Below, piece by piece: positions 58,501 to 64,000 of a DNA stretch of 64,000 bases. The DNA lies in the NCBI GenBank assembly GCA_043807585.1, contig JAZDFV010000013.1, positions 2,039 through 66,038 on the forward strand, read 5' to 3'. Each line of letters opens with the position of its first letter. Position 1 is the first letter of the stretch. Under the pieces are notes generated by a model. It was given only the letters and a program-made list of their open reading frames with translations, made no database searches and was not told the DNA's origin. A program made the position numbers and the translations under genes. This DNA is from Candidatus Jorgensenbacteria bacterium (GTDB lineage: Bacteria > Patescibacteriota > Minisyncoccia > UBA6257 > GWB1-50-10).

Positions 58501-58733
58501 TTTGAGAGGCGGCCGTTCGGGGCGAGGTATGCCTCCACGCCGAGGATGGGTTTTATGCCGGCCACTTTCGCTTTCTTATAGAACTCCACGGCACCGTAGA
58601 GGTTGCCGTGGTCGGTCAGGGCGAGCGCGTCCATCCCCAGTTCCTTCGTCCGCGTGATGAGGTCGTCGATTTTCGCGAGGCCGTCCAGGAGGGAATAGTG
58701 GGAGTGGGTGTGGAGGTGGACGAATTTTGACAT
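55557..58733 (-). CDS. dnaE: DNA polymerase III alpha subunit
   Basis: HLHTHSHYSLLDG (PHP domain), GRGSAAGS, PDIDID and FNRSH. The true start is ATG at 58733. Confidence 0.97.
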   Translation of the reverse strand: MSKFVHLHTHSHYSLLDGLAKIDDLITRTKELGMDALALTDHGNLYGAVEFYKKAKVAGIKPILGVEAYLAPNGRLSKRPRIDEVRYHLTLLAKNAAGWQNLIALVTASHLEGFYYKPRIDRELLERHHEGLICLSGCYSGEIAKLLAAKKFAEAEEIAAWYRSVFGGDFYLEIQPHTPELHHALAGLGKKLGIPLVGTQDIHYVREDDKTAHEILLAVQTNSKLDDEDRLSLKRYDVSMRSPDAMAESFKEFPEAVASTLAIAEQCTFSLELGKIKLPRFTVPDGTSADEYLISLVRERTAGRYPDATKEVGERITHELGVIKKTGFADYFLIVQDFIHWAKTHGIVVGPGRGSAAGSIVSYILGITNVDPLKYDLLFERFLNPDRIQVPDIDIDFTDTRRDEVVAYVRDKYGKDRVAQIITFGTMAAKAAIRDAGRALGMSYAFCDTIAKLIPFNPTQGMKEGWLDECLKNVKELKDIYEKDLEAKHLIDSAKKLEGVARHASVHACGVVISPEPLVHFLPLQRAPQGEDTIITQFDFYCVEDLGLLKMDFLGLKNLTVIEKTLRLVRELHGEDINIDAIPLDNADTFKLLLKGETTGVFQLEGAGMTRYLKELKPTTLEDIIAMIALYRPGPIELIPHYIKRKFGKEQITYLHPRLEPILKNTYGVGIYQEQMMRIARDLAGFTLAEADTLRKAIGKKIKSLLNEQKERLINGMTAHGIPPKTADAIWELFPPFARYGFNRSHAACYAMISYQTAYLKTRYPGEFMTSLFNISSGDIERITFLVGEAKRLGIKVLPPDVNASAEDFTMDGSNIHFGLLAVKNLGANIVHAVIEERMRGGPFADLSDFLRRIQHRDMNKKSLESLIKCGAFDSLGVERGQVLDSIDDLIRFNQSAKKLAASNQHCLFGGGVSLASVRLRPGTPADKSLMLMWEKELLGLYLTDHPWNAYLSKIGKEVKPLREVAKLPQVPNGNGSGPRLRLAGIISGIQRITTKKGQPMLFVTLEDLSDNLEVLVFSDTLTKHPLVWQENKAVMVSGRLSWRDEEPKLICDEVREL

Positions 58734-58817
58734 GGGCTCTTGGTTCGTTTCTATTCTACGGCGGGTTATAATTTCTACAAGGTGCAAAAAACGAGAAAAA
58801 GTGGTGATATAAGAGAA

Positions 58818-59462
58818 ATGAGGATAATGCCTGTGGTGGGTATAGACGAGGTAGGGCGGGGGCCGCTTGCGGGGCCTGTCACGGTGGCGGCGGTAACGGC
58901 ATCCGCGCGGTTTTGGCGTTCGGCAAGGCGTTTTAATGTGCCGCTTCGGGATTCCAAGCGACTCTCGGCGCGCCAGCGCGAGGCGTGGCTCCGGCACGTG
59001 CGGGCAGAAACGGCTCACGGCACCGTCCGTTATGCTTTGGCGAACGTATACCCAAAGACCATTGACCGGGTGAATATCACGCAGGCGGCGAATCTTGCCG
59101 CCACGCGCGCATTTGCGCGTCTCGTGACACGCCACAATCTTCCTCTCGCGCGTACCAAAGTGCTTTTGGACGGCGGTTTGTATCTCCGTGAATCCGCGCT
59201 TTTTAAGCTTGGCTACGGGCGCACCCCAAAAACGATAGTGAAAGGCGACGAACGTCTTCCGGCGATCATGCTTGCTTCCATCGTCGCAAAGGTAACGCGC
59301 GATAGGGCGATGAGGCGACTCCATCGCCGGTTTCCGGTGTATGGATTTGACGAACACAAAGGGTACGGCACCAAGCGGCATGTGCGCGCCCTCAAAAAAC
59401 ACGGCGTGAGTAAAGCACATAGATTGACATTCGTTCATGTGCACCATACAATGAAAGGGTAA
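58818..59462 (+). CDS. rnhB: Ribonuclease HII
   Basis: GIDEVGRGPLAGP, DSK, ASIVAKVTRD and HKGYGT. Confidence 0.95.
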   Translation: MRIMPVVGIDEVGRGPLAGPVTVAAVTASARFWRSARRFNVPLRDSKRLSARQREAWLRHVRAETAHGTVRYALANVYPKTIDRVNITQAANLAATRAFARLVTRHNLPLARTKVLLDGGLYLRESALFKLGYGRTPKTIVKGDERLPAIMLASIVAKVTRDRAMRRLHRRFPVYGFDEHKGYGTKRHVRALKKHGVSKAHRLTFVHVHHTMKG

Positions 59463-59560
59463 GTTTTACTCTGTATTTTTCAATTTTGATGCTTCGACTT
59501 TGCTCAGCATCAATCCTGAACTTGTCGAATGGATTGAGATTTTAATTTTAAATTACCGTT

Positions 59561-59740
59561 ATGACCCGCTTAAGCCATCACGCAAAATCAAAAGTAGGGA
59601 GACGCCGTTCGCAGCTCGCGATGAAGAAACTTTCCATCACCGTGTGCCCGAACTGCAAAGCTCCTACCTTCGCCCATCACGTGTGCTCCTCCTGCGGTAC
59701 GTATCTGCGCCAACCAAAGAAGAAACGGGCGGAAAAGTAG
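59561..59740 (+). CDS. rpmF: 50S ribosomal protein L32 (59 aa, below the ORF-track cutoff)
   Basis: SKVGRRRSQ...CPNC...HHVCSSCGTY; lies upstream of nusB-rnc. Confidence 0.85.
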   Translation: MTRLSHHAKSKVGRRRSQLAMKKLSITVCPNCKAPTFAHHVCSSCGTYLRQPKKKRAEK

Positions 59741-59897
59741 AGTTTGAACGTGTTCCGTCACCTCGCACCTTCCAACCCTTCCTCATTCTACCCCGCACCA
59801 TTTCCATTCATGATGAACGATAACACAACACGGTTAGAGCGAGTTCGCCTTTCGGCTCTGATGGAGCACCGGCAGAATTCCTGCCAGAAATGGTACG

Positions 59898-59964
59898 GGG
59901 TGCTCGTTTTTGCGGCTAAATTTCCGGCGCGTGCTCGCTTGGAAATTTAGATAAAAACGGCATG
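59898..59964 (+). promoter_or_regulatory. 67-nt start-codon hairpin motif, copy 4 (nusB)
   Basis: Most diverged copy; the stems are preserved by compensatory changes. Confidence 0.75.
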
Positions 59965-60390
59965 GCCACCCGGCACCTTATCAGGACCATCGTGCTCCAA
60001 TCCCTCTATGAATGGGATTTTTACAAACACGAAAGCGATTTGGAAAAGATCATGGAGCGGAACCTCAAGGAGTTCGGGCCTGGGATCGATGAGCCGGAGT
60101 TCGCGTGGCGCATCGCAAAGGGGATCGTGGAACATCTCCCGGAGATCGACGGCATCATCGGAAAGGCGGCCCCCGAATGGCCGGTGGAACAGATCGCCAT
60201 CATTGACCGGAACGTCCTGCGCATCGGGCTCTACGAGTTGCTCTACGCCAACAAAGAAGAGGTGCCCCCCAAAGTGGCCATCAATGAGGCAATTGAGGTT
60301 GCAAAGAGCTATGGCGGGTTGAACTCGCCGAAGTTCGTGAATGGCGTCCTCGGGACCGTGTACCGCGAAATGGTGGCGCCGAAGGAATAA
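59962..60390 (+). CDS. nusB: Antitermination factor NusB
   Basis: [17 protein letters not shown] and FVNGVLG. Confidence 0.95.
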   Translation: MATRHLIRTIVLQSLYEWDFYKHESDLEKIMERNLKEFGPGIDEPEFAWRIAKGIVEHLPEIDGIIGKAAPEWPVEQIAIIDRNVLRIGLYELLYANKEEVPPKVAINEAIEVAKSYGGLNSPKFVNGVLGTVYREMVAPKE

Positions 60391-60392
60391 CT

Positions 60393-60515
60393 ATGACCAT
60401 GACAATGACCATGACAATGACCATGACAATGACTATGACAATGAGAAACGATTACCATAACCATGACAAGGATTTTCTGACGTCATCGTCATCGTCATCG
60501 TTATTGTTATCGTAA
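60393..60515. repeat. ATGACN array with an inverted arm
   Basis: (atgacc/atgaca)n followed by (gtcatc)n. Confidence 0.8.
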
Positions 60516-60522
60516 TTCACTT

Positions 60523-61227
60523 ATGGTTTCACTCGGCGACCTGGAAGAAAAAATAGGAGTTGCGTTCAAGAACCAATCGTTCCTCAAGGAGGCGCTTACC
60601 CACCGTTCCTATCTGAATGAGCATCCCCGCTGGGAGGTGCGGGACAACGAGCGGCTGGAGTACCTCGGGGACGCGGTGCTTGAGCTTGCGGTGACGGAGT
60701 TCCTCTTTCACACGTATCCCGACGAGGAGGAGGGGAAACTCACCAGTGTCCGCGCGGCGCTCGTGAATTACCAGATGCTCGCGCAGGTGGCGCGCGACCT
60801 CTCGCTTGAGCGATATCTCTATCTTTCTCGGGGCGAGGCGAAGGATGGGGGGCGGGCGCGGGAGGTGATACTCGCGAACGCCGTGGAGGCGGTGCTGGGC
60901 GCCGTTTACTTGGACCGCGGTTACGAGACGGCGAAGCGGGTGGTGGCCCGTATCGTACTCACGCACCTTGACGAGGTGATGGAGAAGAAACTCTACCGTG
61001 ATCCAAAGAGCGTGCTCCAGGAAGTGGTGCAGGAGGAGCTCAAGGCGACACCCTCATACCGTGTGCTTCGTGAGGAGGGCCCTGACCACGACAAACGGTT
61101 CCTCGTGGGGGTGTTCTTCGGCGAGCGGCAGGTGGCGGAGGGAGAAGGCCCCTCAAAACAGGAAGCGGAGGCCCGTGCCGCCGAGGCTGCCTTGGAATCA
61201 TTGAGCCACAAGAGTCGGTATCACTAA
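60523..61227 (+). CDS. rnc: Ribonuclease III
   Basis: NERLEYLGDAVL and a dsRBD. Confidence 0.96.
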   Translation: MVSLGDLEEKIGVAFKNQSFLKEALTHRSYLNEHPRWEVRDNERLEYLGDAVLELAVTEFLFHTYPDEEEGKLTSVRAALVNYQMLAQVARDLSLERYLYLSRGEAKDGGRAREVILANAVEAVLGAVYLDRGYETAKRVVARIVLTHLDEVMEKKLYRDPKSVLQEVVQEELKATPSYRVLREEGPDHDKRFLVGVFFGERQVAEGEGPSKQEAEARAAEAALESLSHKSRYH

Positions 61228-61235
61228 GAGAATCA

Positions 61236-63410
61236 ATGCTGAGTGTACTGAAGCGCGTGGAGCTCCAGGGGTTCAAATCGTTCGCGCCAAAAACGGTGCT
61301 TGAGTTCCCCTCGCGCGTGACGGCTATCGTGGGCCCCAACGGCTCGGGGAAATCCAATATCCTAGACGCGTTCCGCTGGGTCTTAGGGGAACGGGAGGCG
61401 CGGCAGCTTCGGGGCGACACCCTGGAGAATCTCATCTTTGCGGGAACTCCCAAGCGGTCCCCGGCCGGTTTTGCGCGCGTGAGTTTGCATTTTGACAACC
61501 GCAACCGCCTGTTCGAGCACGAAGCGGCGGAGGTGACCGTGGAGCGGAAGGTGGATCGCTCAGGCGTTTCGCAGTTCTTTCTCCACGGCGGAGAGGTGCT
61601 TCTCCGGGACCTCATCTCGGTGCTCGCCCGCGCGCGCCTGGGGAGCCGCGGCCTCACCATGGTGGGGCAGGGGCAGAGCGACATTTTCGTGCGCTCGAGC
61701 CCCCGTGAGCGTCGCGAGATGATCGAGGAGGTATTGGGGTTGCGCGAGTTCCGTTTGAAGAAAGAGCACGCCGAGCGACAGCTTGCCGGAGCCCTGGTGA
61801 ATATGGAGAAGGTGGCGGCGATATTGGAGGAGCTTACCCCGCACCTCCGTTTCCTCCGGCGCCAGCGGCACCGCTTCGAGCGGCGTGAGGCCATTACCGA
61901 GGAGCTCCGCACGCTCGAGAACCAGCACTTTGCGGCCCGCTACCACGAACTCCTCCGCGCGCGCGAGGCGCTCGAGGAACCTCTCCGCGCTCTCCGCGAT
62001 GAGATGGCCCGCGAGCGCACCGTGGTCGGCGAGGCAGAACGTACGCTCCACGCCATTGACCGGAAAACGGGAGACGTGGGTCGGGAACAAGCGCTCCGTG
62101 CGAAACTCACCCGCGCTATGGAAGAGCGCACGGTCCTGGAGCGCGAGCTCGCGAGGGTCGAGGCACGCATTGAATTCGCTGCGCACGCGGCAGCGCCCGT
62201 GGCACAGCAGAATTCCTCGGAACTTTTGGCGCTCGTCCGCGAACTCGCGAAGGACATTGAGTACGTGCTCGCGTGGGACGATCTCACGCGGGTGAAGGTG
62301 AAGTTGGAGGAGTGGGTAAAGAAGCTCCGCCGCGCGGCAGGGGAGGGTGCGGCGGCGGAGAAGGGGGATTTTCAAAAAGAGCAGTGCGACCTCAGGGAGA
62401 AGGTGAAGGCGGCGGAGGTGCTCGTGGCGAGCGTCCAGCGGGAAGAGATACAGCTCCGCGAGGAGGAGCGCAAGGCGAACCAGGAACTCCGGGCACAGGT
62501 GGAGCGCCTTGAGGCCGCGAAAGGCAAGCTCCGCGACATTGAACGGCGAATGCAGGAGGCGCAGTTTGAGGGTGAGAAGGTGCAGCTGAGATTTGAGGAG
62601 CTCACCCGCGAGTGGGAGAGCGCGGGGCGCGAGCGGAAAGAGCTTGCTGCGCTCCCATTTTCCGAAAACGCGACAGAATTGGAAGGCGCCGAGCGAAAGA
62701 TGGTACGCTTGCGCGGCGAAATCTCCGCGATAGGGGAAATCGATGAGGCGCTCGTCAAGGAAGCGCAGGAGACCGAGGCGCGCCACTCGTTCCTTTCCAA
62801 AGAGCTGGATGATCTCACCAAAGCAACGCGCGATCTGAAGAACCTCATCAAGGAGCTTGAGGCGAAGATACACCACGATTTCAAGCAGGCGTTCCGGAGC
62901 ATCAACGAGGAGTTCAATACCTATTTCCGTCTCATGTTTGCTGGCGGGCGGGCACATCTCCGGCTCGTTGTGCCGCAGCCCAAGGTTGTGGAGAGCGGAG
63001 GGGAGGGTGCGGCGGGAGAGGGAGAGCCGCCCCCGGCTCCGGTGGAAGAAGAACCCCCAGCAGACCCCGAGCTCTCCGCAGGGGTGGAGATCGAGCTCAA
63101 TCTCCCCAAGAAGAAAATCACCAGCTTGGACATGCTCTCCGGCGGCGAGCGGAGCTTAGTGTCTATCGCGGCACTCTTCGCCTTGATTGCCGTCTCCCCG
63201 CCGCCGTTCCTCGTGCTGGACGAAATCGACGCGGCGCTTGACGATGAGAACGCGCGCCGATTCGCCGAGCTCGTGAAAGAATTTTCGAAAAAGACGCAGT
63301 TCATCATCGTGACCCACAACCGCGCGACGATGGAGGTTGCCGATGTACTCTACGGGATTACGATGGAAGATGATGGTGTATCAAGGGTGCTATCTTTAAA
63401 GCTTGACTGA
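61236..63410 (+). CDS. smc: SMC-family ATPase (short)
   Basis: GFKSF, GPNGSGKSN, LSGGE and LDEIDAALD. Confidence 0.88.
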   Translation: MLSVLKRVELQGFKSFAPKTVLEFPSRVTAIVGPNGSGKSNILDAFRWVLGEREARQLRGDTLENLIFAGTPKRSPAGFARVSLHFDNRNRLFEHEAAEVTVERKVDRSGVSQFFLHGGEVLLRDLISVLARARLGSRGLTMVGQGQSDIFVRSSPRERREMIEEVLGLREFRLKKEHAERQLAGALVNMEKVAAILEELTPHLRFLRRQRHRFERREAITEELRTLENQHFAARYHELLRAREALEEPLRALRDEMARERTVVGEAERTLHAIDRKTGDVGREQALRAKLTRAMEERTVLERELARVEARIEFAAHAAAPVAQQNSSELLALVRELAKDIEYVLAWDDLTRVKVKLEEWVKKLRRAAGEGAAAEKGDFQKEQCDLREKVKAAEVLVASVQREEIQLREEERKANQELRAQVERLEAAKGKLRDIERRMQEAQFEGEKVQLRFEELTREWESAGRERKELAALPFSENATELEGAERKMVRLRGEISAIGEIDEALVKEAQETEARHSFLSKELDDLTKATRDLKNLIKELEAKIHHDFKQAFRSINEEFNTYFRLMFAGGRAHLRLVVPQPKVVESGGEGAAGEGEPPPAPVEEEPPADPELSAGVEIELNLPKKKITSLDMLSGGERSLVSIAALFALIAVSPPPFLVLDEIDAALDDENARRFAELVKEFSKKTQFIIVTHNRATMEVADVLYGITMEDDGVSRVLSLKLD

Positions 63411-63504
63411 CATGGAGGAGCGTATAAGGTATTTCGTATAACGTATTAAGTGGAGGGGTGGGTACTACACGATCATGTAGTACCCTGTCATCAGAACAAA
63501 AACC

Positions 63505-64000
63505 ATGACTGAGTCACAAACCAAAACCTGCCAAAATTGTAAGCAACCGTTCACCATCGAACCGGATGATTTTAGTTATTACGAAGCGATAAATGTTTCT
63601 CCGCCAACCTTTTGTCCGGATTGCCGCCTGCAGCGAAAGATGGCGCGCCGAAATGAGCGGACATTTTACAAACGATCCTGCGATTTTTGTCATACCGACA
63701 TTATTTCCATGTACCCCAAGGGCAGTACATTCAAGGTGTATTGCAATGCCTGCTGGTGGAGCGACAAATGGGATTCCTTGGAATACGGAAGGGGTTTCGA
63801 CCCTGGAAAACCCTTCTTCACCCAATTCTATGAATTGAGCTTGGCAGTTCCGCGAGTGGCGCTCTATCAGAAGAATCCTATCAATAGTCCCTACACCAAC
63901 CACAACGACCACCTCAAGGATGCCTATCTATGTGTAGATTCAGGGTTCAGCGAAAATGTGCTCTATAGTAAGTGGCTTATAAAATGCAAGGATGTGGCCG
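63505..64000 (+). CDS. Cys-rich (zinc-ribbon) hypothetical protein, truncated by the window end
   Basis: MTESQTKTCQNCKQPF...PPTFCPDCR...CDFC...CNACWWSD; frame is open to the end of the window. Confidence 0.75.
   Translation, partial: MTESQTKTCQNCKQPFTIEPDDFSYYEAINVSPPTFCPDCRLQRKMARRNERTFYKRSCDFCHTDIISMYPKGSTFKVYCNACWWSDKWDSLEYGRGFDPGKPFFTQFYELSLAVPRVALYQKNPINSPYTNHNDHLKDAYLCVDSGFSENVLYSKWLIKCKDVA

Noticed and set aside
58734-59447. N-terminal extension of dnaE in the ORF track (1296 aa)
   Set aside because: It is the antisense of rnhB; the PHP domain begins at ATG 58733.
1-64000. DGR template/variable repeat pair
   Set aside because: The repeats I found do not show adenine-specific mismatches. 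A manual scan could miss a short pair.

Overview
This window looks like chromosomal DNA from a small-genome bacterium, most likely Patescibacteria/CPR (Parcubacteria-like); that assignment is an inference from gene content, the short HrcA and SMC, and the repeat types. The core genes are mreCD-mrdA, greA-lysS-serS, hrcA-grpE-dnaK-dnaJ, rplJL, mraZ-rsmH-ftsL-ftsI-murF, pyrF-pyrE, gyrB (with an intein), secE-nusG-rplK, gatB, miaA, thrS, dnaE, rnhB, rpmF, nusB, rnc and smc, plus tRNA-Val and tRNA-Glu. A DGR-class reverse transcriptase sits at the left edge. Five structures are not explained by these genes. (1) A 67-nt ungapped hairpin with compensatory base changes ends exactly on the ATG of hrcA, mraZ, ftsL and nusB. 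(2) Three PaaX-like wHTH/Cas2-fold genes are each bracketed on both sides by their own ~36-bp palindrome with a CGATCG or CGGCCG centre, and two orphan palindromes occur elsewhere. (3) Diverged copies of the last codons of mrdA and dnaE, and of secreted-enzyme genes, delimit accessory cassettes with no integrase nearby. (4) There is a modular array of secreted hydrolases and partner proteins. (5) Many small palindromic or microsatellite elements are present, several inserted in frame in essential proteins. All calls come from reading the sequence and the ORF track; no searches were run.
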